Of a stretch of 64,000 bases of DNA, positions 34,498-45,999 are shown piece after piece. Location of the stretch: positions 68,676,950-68,740,949 of the forward strand of contig NC_068983.1 in NCBI RefSeq assembly GCF_001194135.2, read 5' to 3'. A program made the translations under genes and the position numbers. Origin of the DNA: Octopus bimaculoides. Its lineage: Eukaryota. Position 1 is the first letter of the stretch, and the number at the start of each line of letters is the position of its first letter. Below the pieces are notes generated by a model. That model searched no databases, had not been told where the DNA came from, and saw only the letters and a program-made list of their open reading frames with translations.

Positions 34498-36020
34498 TCA
34501 TCATTATCATCATCATTTAGTGTCTGTTTTCCATGCTGGCATGGGTTAGATGGTTTGACTAGAACTGGTAAGTTGGGGAGCTGCACCAGGTTCCAGTCCG
34601 TTTTGGCTTGGTTTCTACAGCTGGATGCCATTCCTAATGCCAACCATTCCACAGAATGTTGTGGGTGCCTTTACATCTGATACCTTTTATACCCAATTTT
34701 TCTCTTAAGACACTTACACTCTGTCATACATAAACATTGACATTGCACATCCAGCAGAGCATACTAGCTTCATTTCTTTCAAGCCTTTGCATGTCCTCTG
34801 CAGTCACAGCCCATGTTTCACTGCCATGTAGCATGGCTGTTTGCACACAGATATCTGTCTTTTACTCTCAGGAAGAGGCTTTTTGTTACCAACAAAGGTA
34901 GCAGCTCTCTGAACTTCACCCAGCCTATTTTTATTCCAGCAGCTGCACTCTCAGAGCATCCACCTCCACTGCTTACTTGGTCACCTAGATAATGGAAGCT
35001 ATTTATTACTTCTAAATATTCCCCTGGGCATTTGACAAAGTATATTCTCTGTACATTCCTAGTGTTTATTGTACCTATACACCTGTCACACACAAAGACT
35101 ACTGTTAACCTTCCTCTGATACTGCTGCACCTGTTATGTATCCATAGCTTGCACCAGGTACACTTTATGGAGTTTCTACCTACATCTTTTCTGCATATTG
35201 AGCAGAGCCAGCTCCCTGAAGGGATTTGTGATTTGTCTGTTTTCCTACTTACTAAGACTTTGGTCTTTGCTAAATTAACTCTGAGGCCCTTTAATTCTAG
35301 ACCTTGCTTTCACACCTGAAACTTTTTCTAGTTCTGGTAATAATCTAGCTATAAGAACAAAGTTATCTTCGTAGAGGAGCTCCCAAGGGCAGCCCGTCTG
35401 AAATTCTTTGGGGCTGAGAACTGATCCTTGTTGAATTCCTACTTTGTACATTGAATTCATTGCTACACTCGCTGTCTACTTTCACCTTACTGATAGCATC
35501 CCTGTACTTGGCTTGTACAGCTCTCACCAACCACTCATCTATCCCTAGCTTCTGCATTGACAACCAAATAAGGGAGCAGAGGACCCTGTCAGAGGCTTTC
35601 TCCTATGTCAACAAAAACCAAGTACAGAGGTTTACTTTTGGCTAAGTACTTCTCTTGCTGCTGCCTTAATAGGAATATAGCATCAATAGTGTTTCTCCTT
35701 GGCACAAGACCAAACTGCATCTCATCTAGACTAACTCTTTTCCTAATTAGTTGATCTATGACCTCTGTAACTTTCATCACCTGGTCCAACAATTTGATAC
35801 CTCAGTAACTATTTCTGTCTAAGGCATCACCTTTACCTTTGTAGCAGTTGACTATGGTGCTGCTGCACCAGTCATTGGGCATGACTCCCTTGTGGACAAC
35901 TTGATTAACTGTATGTGTGACTAGACCATATCCTACTCTGCCAGATATTTTTTAGCATCTCAGTGGTGATTTCTGATGGGCTAGGGGCTTTCTCCATCTT
36001 CATACCCTTCATGGCTTATA
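34498..36020 (-). mobile_element. 5'-truncated RTE-clade LINE (RT remnant plus (GAT)n tail), internally deleted
   Basis: Peptides LDQVMKV, LDEMQFG, PLYLVFVD, CPWELLY and SFHYLGDQVSSGGG on the minus strand; (CAT)n tail at the left end. Confidence 0.9.
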
Positions 36021-36429
36021 TATATATAATTTGTATATATNNNNNNNNNNNNNNNNNNNNNNNNNNNNNNNNNNNNNNNNNNNNNNNNNNNNNNNNNNNN
36101 NNNNNNNNNNNNNNNNNNNNNNNNNNNNNNNNNNNNNNNNNNNNNNNNNNNNNNNNNNNNNNNNNNNNNNNNNNNNNNNNNNNNNNNNNNNNNNNNNNNN
36201 NNNNNNNNNNNNNNNNNNNNNNNNNNNNNNNNNNNNNNNNNNNNNNNNNNNNNNNNNNNNNNNNNNNNNNNNNNNNNNNNNNNNNNNNNNNNNNNNNNNN
36301 NNNNNNNNNNNNNNNNNNNNNNNNNNNNNNNNNNNNNNNNNNNNNNNNNNNNNNNNNNNNNNNNNNNNNNNNNNNNNNNNNNNNNNNNNNNNNNNNNNNN
36401 NNNNNNNNNNNNNNNNNNNNNNNNNNNNN

Positions 36430-36468
<39 letters not shown>

Positions 36469-36769
36469 GTATATATATGGTCTCTCTTTCCAGCTCCATT
36501 CCAGTTACTTTCACCCACTCTTCTAAAATGTTAGTAGCCCCGCAGCTACTCTACAACAAGAAACCCATTTTGGACCACTTCTGTCGTACGTCAATTATTT
36601 CCTAGTATAGAACCACTGTCCTCTCCACTGTAGCTCCACTCATTCAAAGCACCATTAACTTAGCAGACATTCTGTAAAGGTGACTGATGCTTATGATACT
36701 CCTTTGTCCTTGTCAGCATCAGAAATGCTGTAAGCCAATGTTTGGTCAACTGGAAATCTTTAACCAATG

Positions 36770-36945
36770 AGGGCGCCTGGCTTAGTGGTTAGGGTGTTGC
36801 ACTCACAATTGCAAGAATGTGGTTTTGATTCCCAGAACAGGTGGGTGATCATTTCAACATCTGACATGTGACACATCATGTGCCTGTACAGGCAATATCA
36901 ATTTGATGGAGGAAGCAAGCTAATGTACAACACAGACATTTGGTT
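36770..36945 (+). mobile_element. tRNA-derived SINE (family E), CpG-decayed intronic copy
   Basis: Homologous to 53866-54105. Confidence 0.7.
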
Positions 36946-36947
36946 AC

Positions 36948-38960
36948 CAGCACCATAGTCAACTGCTACAAAGCTAAAGGTGATGCTTTGGATAAAAATA
37001 ACTACAAGGGGTATCAAACTGCTGGATCAGGTGATGAAGGTCACAGAGAGGGTAATAGCCCAACTAATTAGAGAGACAGTCAGCCTAGATGAGATGCAGT
37101 CCGGTTTTGTATGCTATATTTTTGGTAAAGCAACTGCAGGAGAAATACCTAACCGAAGATAAACCCCTATACTTGGCTTTTGTTGACTTGGAGAAAGCCT
37201 TTGACAAGGTCCCCCAATCCCTTATCTGGTGGGCGATGTGGAAACTAGAGATACATGAGTGGTTAGTAAGGGCTGTACAGGCCTTGTACAAGGATGCTGT
37301 CAGTAAGGTAAGGGTCGGCAACAAGTATAGTGAAGAATTCTGGGTAGAAGTAGGGGCACCAAGGATCAGCCCCCTCTTATTCATCATAGTCCTCCAGGCA
37401 ATGACAGAGGAATTCAAGACAGACTGCCCCTGGGAGCTCCTCTATGCTGATGACCTTGCACTAATTGCTGAGTCACTATCAGAACTAGAGGAGAAGTTTC
37501 AGGTGTGGAAGCAGGGACTAGAATCGAAGGGCCTTTGAGTCAATGGTGCAAAAACCAAAGTCCTAGTAAGTAGGAAGGCTAACAAAATCACAAACCCCTT
37601 CAGGTAGATGGCCCTGCTCGATCTGTAGAAAAGGTATAAGTAGAAACTCCATAAGATATACCCAGTGTAAGTTATGGATGCATAAGAGGTGCAGCAACAT
37701 CAAAGGAAGGTTAACTGGGATGATAGTTTTTGTGTGCGGCAGATGCACAGGGGCAATAAACACCGAAAATGTTCAGAAAACAGATTCCATCACATGCCAG
37801 AGGGAGAAACTAGAAGTAGTTGATAGCTTCCATTACCTAGGTGACCAAGCCTGAAGTGTTGCCACTAGAATAAGAAATAACCTGGGCAAAGTTCAGGGAG
37901 CTCCTACCTCTGCTGGTGACAAAGGGCCTCTTGCTCAGAGTGAAAGGTAGATTGTATGATGCATGTGTGTGAACTACCATGCTACATGGCAGTGAAACAT
38001 GGGCTATGACTGTTGAGGACATATGTAAGCTTGCAAGAAATGAAGCTAGCATGATCCGCTGGATGTGTAATGTCAGTGTGCACACACAACAGCGTGCAAG
38101 CGCCCTGAGAGAAATGTTGGACATAAGAAGCATCAGATGTGGTGTGCAAGAGAGATGACTGCACTGGTATGGTCATGTACTACATATGGATGAGGAGAGC
38201 TGTGTGAAGAAGTGTCACTCCCTAACTGTGGAAGGAACATGTGGAAGAGTTAGACCCAGGAAGACATGGGATGAGGTGGTGAAACACGACCATTGAACGT
38301 TGGGCCTCACAGGGGCCTCAAGTGACCTAGACCTCTGGAGATATGCTGTGATTGAGAAGACCCCAGCAAGTAAAGTGAGATCACAGCTGTAGCCTATACT
38401 AGTGTCGTATAACCAGCCCATTTAAAAAGTACCTTTGAATTGTTGGGCGACACACCGTGCTTGAGGAGACCTATTGAGTGAAGTAAAATCAAAATAAAAA
38501 TTACAATCAGAATCTCAATCAAATCGAAATCAAAATGGAAATTGTAGTTGTGGCTGATGCCAGTGCTACCCGACTGGCTCCCATGTTAGTGGCATGCAAG
38601 AAGTACTTTTCATGCNNNNNNNNNNTGGCTCCCATGTTAGTGGCATGCAAGAAGTACTTTTCATGCATGAGACGATGCCAGTGCTGCCTGACTGGCTCCC
38701 CGTGCCAGTGACACGTAAAAAGCACCATCTGAACGTGGCCGATGCCAGTGCCACTTGACTGGCTCCCATGCTGGCGGTATGTAAAAAGTACCCACTACAC
38801 TCTTGGAGTGGTTGGTGTTAGGAAGGGCATCAGCTGTAGAAACCTTGCCAGATCAGATTGGAGCCTGGTGCAGCCTCCTGGCTTGCCAGTCCCCAAACAA
38901 ACCGTCCAACCTATGCCAGCATGGAAAACAGACGTTAAACAATGATGATGATGATGATGA
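36948..38960 (+). mobile_element. 5'-truncated RTE-clade LINE (RT remnant, 3' UTR, (GAT)n tail)
   Basis: LAFVDLEKAFDKVP, WELLYADDLALIAES and MLHGSETW; 3' end GCATGGAAAACAGACGTTAAAC+(ATG)n. Confidence 0.92.
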
Positions 38961-39247
38961 AACAAATCATCTGTGAAGCTTGCACAACAAGAAATTATGG
39001 AATCCTCTTTCTTGGATTTGAGAAACTACCAAGAAGAAAAAACAATGACAATGGTTGTTGTTCACGAATTGTGATATAAACTAAATAAATGAATATGATA
39101 CATAGATTTAAGTGTCAACTGCTGGCCACATTATCATTACTATAGCTGTTGTATCATGCACATGAGTAAGGTAACTGATTAATAGCATGATTTCAGTAGA
39201 TTTGTATTATGTTTTGTTCTGATGTATTCTGTTATATTCTCTTGCAG

Positions 39248-39376
39248 CCAGTTTCCTGTGGTGACCGAGAGGTGATTGCTCGCATGAGGAACTGTATCCT
39301 GGCTCTCAGCCATCACAAGATGATGTTGTTTGATACCAGCATATTGTATACCTATGACAATTCCCTGAAATTCTCA
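39248..39376 (+). CDS. EXOSC2: EXOSC2 exon 7 (PVSCGDREVIARMRNCILALSHHKMMLFDTSILYTYDNSLKFS)
   Basis: Acceptor cttgcAG, 129 nt, DREVI.R.RNCI...MML.DTSILY motif, donor GTAAGT. Confidence 0.96.
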
Positions 39377-40187
39377 GTAAGTTTCAAAATGAGGCAGCTT
39401 TTATGTTTTCAGGAACTGTGTGTTTTTGGATAGAATATTGTGTTTTCTTTTCTTTTTATGCAAACTGTCAAATTTAGTCCAAACACCCTGTATATGTGAA
39501 ACAAGATTTGAGGGAGTTGTTACCTTTGTTGACAACCATGAATTTCTTTCTCGCTGCAAAAGTCAGAATTTTAAAAAGAAATAATTTGTAAGTCAGTCAA
39601 TAGAGAAAGCAATGCTCATTGCTTTTACTGTCTGCCCAGACTGGTAAAACTGATACATTTAATGCCCAGCTGGAATATCTGTAGATCATACATAGTTGGG
39701 GAAGATTGACATTGTAGTCTGGATGCTCATGACTGTGAATCAGCTAATGTCTCCCCAGGTCCGAATAGGGTTGTTGCACCAGGTGGTCTGTTAGATGTTA
39801 CCAGACTGCATTCCTTGAATTGTGTGTAAGAAGTTGATCCTGTATAGCAACCCACGGAAAAGTAAGCATCAAAATAGTAATGGTGATAGTGATTTAAAGT
39901 ATAGAAAATTTCTAAATTTCTCCTGAAGATGTTCTTGAACAGTTCCTTCACTCTGGCTCAACTCTGGTTGAGTACACCTATGCTACAGAAGTAGTTAATC
40001 AATTGACAATATCAGTCAGGTATTCCAGCTCTGATTATGCAGTCTTTATTTTTAAAGCATGCTGTCTTATGATATAAGACCTAAATAAAACAGCTGGCTC
40101 CCTTGATGCCAATTTCCTTTTTGAAGTGATCTAAATGAAAACTTTTCAAAATTTTATGTAAGTTTAAGTTCCAAACATCAGCTTAAC

Positions 40188-40872
40188 AATCCATTCATCT
40201 TTTCGACTCACTATTCCTGGAAGGGTCATGTGGGTAGAGTCCTCAGGCACCTCTTCCATAGGGTCCTATCAGAAAACCAGCATTAAATTTTCCAGTTGGA
40301 TTCCCAAGCATGACAAACTGAGACTATGTTTATTATCCAACCATCTTGTTCTTTGTCTACCTCTAGGTCTTCTGCCAGTTGGCTTGGCTTAAGGAATCTG
40401 TCTTGCGACTCTTTCCTGTGAATTAGTGTTCTGAAGATTGAAATATTTGTTTTCTCAAGAAACTCATCCCATAGTACTTTACATGTTAGTGGAATATCAC
40501 TGAGACAAGGAGAGAAGCTTAAGTATCTCAGGACCATATTCATGAGTGGTGGAAGGCAGGAGGCTGAATTGAATGCTAGAATTGCACATGCTGACAAAGT
40601 AATGTACCGACTCCAGCATTCGATCCTCAGAAAAGATGTTGGTAAAAAAGCCAAATTTGCTATTTTCAATTAGGATTTCATGCCTATCCACATCACCTAT
40701 GATCATGGTTGTTGGTAATAATTAAAAGAGTAGTAGATACAAGCAGCTGAATTGGGGTTCCTCTGAAAGGTCTCTGAAGTAATGTTTTCTCAACAGGGTG
40801 TGTAGTTTGAAGATCAGGGAGTCTAACTCTGGGTTGAGCTGCAACTTTTCCACATTGAGTGGAACTAAGCTG
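40188..40872 (-). mobile_element. Expander/Rex3-like RTE fragment with inverted 5' segment
   Basis: 40188-40416 on minus encodes the ORF end (AKPTGRRPRGR). 40417-40872 on plus encodes the upstream part (EKLKYL..F...GRQEAELNARI...HIE). Confidence 0.75.
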
Positions 40873-41096
40873 TCATACAACTTAGTTATGACAAGGTCAT
40901 TTTACGAAATTTCCTCATTTATTTTAAAATTATCTAGCAGAACATTAAGACAGTAAATTAACTTTGCGAGAGATTTGTTAGCTATTTCTAGCATGTTGAA
41001 CGACCACCTTGAAGCTCCTGATGAGCCTAGCATTTGTATAACAGCAAAACTGACCTCTGAAAGTCACCTGACCTAATTTATCATTTTCTGTTACAG

Positions 41097-41177
41097 TGTA
41101 AAGACATCTTGAAACCAGAAATAATGAATGAGATTGTTGAGATGACACGGTTAAGGCTTGAACAAGAAACTCTTTGA
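41097..41177 (+). CDS. EXOSC2: EXOSC2 exon 8, last coding segment (CKDILKPEIMNEIVEMTRLRLEQETL*)
   Basis: Acceptor ttacAG, KDILKPEIM.EIV motif, TGA at 41175-41177. The exons sum to 879 nt (292 aa + stop) with all phases compatible. Confidence 0.95.
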   Translation, partial: CKDILKPEIMNEIVEMTRLRLEQETL

Positions 41178-41236
41178 TTAGCAGAATATCACCTATCGTT
41201 CAGGCCATCGATCTACAATCTTCATTGATCTTACTG

Positions 41237-41432
41237 GTAAGTGATTGCTATCTATTAGTCTCCAACTATAAATATTAACTTCTCATTCCATTTATGTTGT
41301 GGTGGCAGTGGTAGTGAAAGTGACAGCTGTTGTAGTAGCAACAGCAGTGAAAATAATGTTCCAAACAACTGTATGTTCTATTGGCCTTCTCAATGTTGGA
41401 CTCTAATTTTATTTCTGTTTATTTACTTACAG
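41237..41432 (+). other. Probable 3' UTR intron of EXOSC2 (196 nt)
   Basis: Donor CTG|GTAAGT, branch-like CTCTAAT at 41401-41407, T-rich tract, acceptor ttacAG|G. Confidence 0.6.
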
Positions 41433-42017
41433 GAGGCTGCTTCAAAAGCAATGGTGAAGAACATGACTATTCCTTTGATTTCCACTTTCTGGCCATGGGT
41501 TTGCTTGTTCCAGCTGCTCAACAATCACAATCAGATTTTCACCCAATACTTTCAACTCCTATTTAGTTGTGTTCTTTTTTTTTTTTAATTTATATTTAGT
41601 TCTTCTATCTACATGTTACCTACCATGTCATCTCTGTCTGCTCCATCCTTCATATATACAGTTGACAAATTATGTCTGGTGACCTTCAGCAGCAGTCAAT
41701 ATCATCATCACATTCATAAAGTTTCCTTAATTTCTCTTGTGTCATCTCATCTTTTATCTCAAAATCCTCCTCTCATACCACTACCACCATTACCATCACT
41801 GCCATTACAGTCACCATTACAAGCTTAGCAATCATTTTCATCTTTCTCTTTACACTGCTGTCTATCTGAGATAGTAGCTTAGTCAGAGGTCAGTAGTGTG
41901 GATTATCTCAACTCTAAACATTCTGTTTCATGGGTGAACATACGCATGGTCACTCTACCTACTAGAAATAGCAGCAAATCTCTCAAGTCTTACAAAAAGG
42001 ACATTTTGAATAATATG

Positions 42018-42177
42018 AGTGGTTGGCGTTAGGAAGGGCATCCAGCTGTAGAAACTCTGCCAAATCAGATTGGAGCCTGGTGTAGCCTTCGGGTTCCACC
42101 AGTCCTCAGTCAAATCGTCCAACCCATGCTAGCATGGAAAGCAGACGTTAAACGATGATGATGATGATGATGATGAT
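42018..42177 (+). mobile_element. Short young RTE 3' fragment inserted into another repeat
   Basis: Family 3' end plus (GAT)n. The flanks are two halves of one short repeat (41950-42017, 42178-42255). Confidence 0.85.
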
Positions 42178-43239
42178 CCTAGCTGTATCTGGGGAAATAA
42201 AAGACTTGAATTATCATGGTTGGAATGCTTTTTGCTTGAGACTGACCTGGGGATAAACAACATCAACGATAACATCTTGTTTTATATCAGAATATATTGT
42301 CTCTTCCTTAATAAGAGTGACCCCAGAGATCTCAGTTCCATAATGTAGTATTGTTATTGTCATATAAAGTAAGACTTGTTCCGTATAAAAACTTACCTCA
42401 ACTAATTGAACCAAGGAGGTTGGTATCTCTTCAGCAGACTGACACCATAGACAAAGAAATTCAGTCTCAAATAGTCCCTGACAGCTCTGACTGCAAGGGA
42501 GTCATTCAAATGGCAGGGAGAGGTGTATGTCTCTGGCTGATGCTTGAATAATACTTGGTCTAAATTTTATCTTGTGATCTTGGGAGGTCATCAAAAATGG
42601 CAAAAAATAAATATATATAAATAAAACAAATGATCTGGTGGAAGGGTTAAGAAATTCCATTTCAATTAATTCTCATAATCAGACATTCCTCATCATCTCT
42701 TATAGACATAGAGGAAAACACGCACACACAAACACAAACAGAACCAAGGAACTTAATGACATTAAAGAAATCTGGTACCACAAACATTCTGTCCAATGTA
42801 GAATTTAAAACAAAATGCAGTTATTTGATGTTATTAATTAATTTTTTTTTTCATTTAAACATTGTATTGTTTTTTTTACATACAGTTTCAAAAAAGATTT
42901 CTTATCTTTCATTTTCATCATCATCACCATTATGACAACTATCACCAATCAATCATCAATACCAGGTAATGGAAATGTCCACAGGAAATCTCTTAATATT
43001 ATCTTTCATGCTTTTTTCCTATGTCTCTTTCAATATATGTGTGTGTGTGTGTGTTTGATATACTGAAGTACAGGCATGGATGTTTATTTAAAAGGTTGCT
43101 TCCTAACCCTGGTTTTGGGTTCAGTTCCACTGTGTGGAACCTTGGGAAGTATCTTCTGCTACAGCCCCAGGCAGAGCAATGTTTTATGAGTGGATTTGGT
43201 GGATGGAAACTAAAGAGGCTCATTGTGTGTGTGTGTGTA

Positions 43240-43440
43240 TCATCATCATTTAACGTCTGTTGTCCATGCTGGCATGGGTTGGACAGTTTAACCAGAGCTG
43301 GCAAGCTGGGAAGCTGCACTGGCTCCAGTCTGATTTGGTTGGATGCCCTTCCTAATACCAGACACTTTACAGAGTGTGCCAGGTGGCTCTTATGTGACAC
43401 TGCATAGGTGCTTTTATGTGGTGCACTTTTATGTGGCACC
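43240..43440 (-). mobile_element. RTE 3'-end fragment
   Basis: (CAT)n tail after (TG)n; family 3' UTR in reverse. Confidence 0.8.
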
Positions 43441-44419
43441 AACACAGGACTCTTGCAGGTCAATCCTTACCACAAGTGGGACTGATCTTAACACTTCTGC
43501 AGAGGAGTACAGATTATATANNNNNNNNNNNNNNNNNNNNNNNNNNNNNNNNNNNNNNNNNNNNNNNNNNNNNNNNNNNNNNNNNNNNNNNNNNNNNNNN
43601 NNNNNNTATATATATATATATATATATATATGATATATGATCATTATCATACACATGATTTTATTTGTTTGTTTTATTTAAAGTCAGGTTTCCAAAGCTA
43701 GCATGGCTTAGGTGGGAGGAAATTGAAGCAGACTTTCTATGACTGGGTACTTTTCCTGGTGCCAACCCATACCTATCTTTTATGTATGGAACTTTTTCTA
43801 TTCCAGAAAGATTTGAGGATGCAGACCTAGAAGATGAATTGTTGATTAGAAGTGTTAAAGGTTACTGGTCACAGCCTAACGGCAAATGATGATGTCATTG
43901 TTGTGACGTCATTATTCTTTCTATTATAGACACATGGCCTGAAATTTTGTGGAGGGGGTTAGTCGATTACATCAATGCCTGTTCTTGATTGGTGCTTATA
44001 AAGAACATGAAAAGATGAAAGGCAAAGTCGACATAGGGTGAATTTGAACTCAAGAGTGTAAAGATGGACAAAATGCTGCTAATCATTGTATTCGATGTGC
44101 TAATGGTTACACACACACACACACACATACGTGGTGGGCTTTCAGTTAGTCAAGCAAACACACTTGCTTGAGTGTAGATGTGGGGAATGAGAGATGGCTA
44201 GAAATGGGGTAAAGGTGAACGTAGTGAATGGTGAAAGGTGATGACTGGTGGCGGTACAGAAAGTGTGAAGAGCAGTGGAATCATAATAATACAGTAGATG
44301 GGGAAGGAAGAAAGACATGGAGGGGATGGATAGTTGTTGGGTGAGTGACGGTTGCAGGAGTGTGTAGGAAGAGTTAGAGGAGATGTGCAGTGATAAAGAT
44401 AGAGGGAGTCATATATATA

Positions 44420-45472
44420 TTACTCTTTACTCTTTACTCTTTTACTTGTTTCAGTCTTTTGACTGTGGCCATGCTGGAGCACCTTTAGTCGAGCAAATCG
44501 ACCCCAGGACTTATTCTTTGGAAGCCTAGTACTTATTCTATCGGTCTCTTGTGCCGAACCGCTAAGTTACGGGGACATAAACACACCAGCATCGGTTGTC
44601 AAGCGATGTTGGGGGGACAAACACATACACACATCAGCCATGCTACATGGCAGTGAAACATGGGCTGTAACTGCTGAGGACATACGTAAGCTCGCAAGGA
44701 ATGAAGCCAGTATGCTCCGTTGGATGTGTAATGTCAATGTGAATACCCGTCAGAGTGTAAGTATCTTGNNNNNNNNNNNNNNNNNNNNNNNNNNNNNNNN
44801 NNNNNNNNNNNNNNNNNNNNNNNNNNNNNNNNNNNNNNNNNNNNNNNNNNNNNNNNNNNNNNNNNNNNNNNNNNNNNNNNNNNNNNNNNNNNNNNNNNNN
44901 NNNNNNNNNNNNNNNNNNNNNNNNNNNNNNNNNNNNNNNNNNNNNNNNNNNNNNNNNNNNNNNNNNNNNNNNNNNNNNNNNNNNNNNNNNNNNNNNNNNN
45001 NNNNNNNNNNNNNNNNNNNNNNNNNNNNNNNNNNNNNNNNNNNNNNNNNNNNNNNNNNNNNNNNNNNNNNNNNNNNNNNNNNNNNNNNNNNNNNNNNNNN
45101 NNNNNNNNNNNNNNNNNNNNNNNNNNNNNNNNNNNNNNNNNNNNNNNNNNNNNNNNNNNNNNNNNNNNNNNNNNNNNNNNNNNNNNNNNNNNNNNNNNNN
45201 NNNNNNNNNNNNNNNNNNNNNNNNNNNNNNNNNNNNNNNNNNNNNNNNNNNNNNNNNNNNNNNNNNNNNNNNNNNNNNNNNNNNNGATGATGATGATGAT
45301 GATGATATATACGACAGGCTTCTTTCAGTTTCTGTCTACCAAATCCACTCACAAGGCTTTGGTCAGCCCGAGGCTATAGTAGAAGACACTTGCCCAAGAT
45401 GCCACACAGAGGGACTGAACCCGGGACCATGTGGTGGGTAAGCAAGCTACTTACCACACAGCCACTCCTGCA

Positions 45473-45476
<4 letters not shown>
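44420..45476 (-). mobile_element. SINE family A split by an RTE insertion (44420-44636 and 45306-45476)
   Basis: The two halves are contiguous in other copies; the RTE sits in the central CA/TA tract. Confidence 0.82.
44637..45305 (+). mobile_element. Young RTE LINE 3' fragment nested in a SINE; interior in gap
   Basis: MLHGSETWAVTAEDIRKLARNEASMLRW; (GAT)n tail after the gap. Confidence 0.85.
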
Positions 45477-45515
<39 letters not shown>

Positions 45516-45999
45516 AGAAATGAAGAGAAGTGTACTTAATACTGGAGGCAGAGTGCAAAATTTCTGTTTTGGAATTCATATTGGTACCTGAATATGATAT
45601 TGCTTTGTCTTAGTGTTGAAACATTAGGGACTGATCTGAATTTTGGGTGACTTAAGGAACTGGTAACATGTTGGAAAACTCCAGACTAACTGGGTCAGCT
45701 CAAAAAAATTATTACACTCCATTATGATATTGAGTACTTTCCTCCTGTTTTTTTTAAACCAATGCCCTATATGTGTGTTCATATCTTCTTTTTAGCTTTT
45801 ATTTGTTTCAGTCATGTGACTGGCCATGCTGGGCCACTGCCTTGAAAGGTTTAGTTAAATGAATCACACCCCTTATTCTGTTGATCTTTTGCCTTACTGT
45901 TAAGTTATGGTGACATAAAAAAACCAGCACCGGTTGTCAAGTTCTGGTAGGGGTACAAACACAAAATCACACACACATGCATATGCGTACCTTCCTTCA

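Noticed and set aside
38575-38666. Exact 41-bp duplication
   Set aside because: The copies flank a 10-N gap, typical of an unmerged contig overlap.
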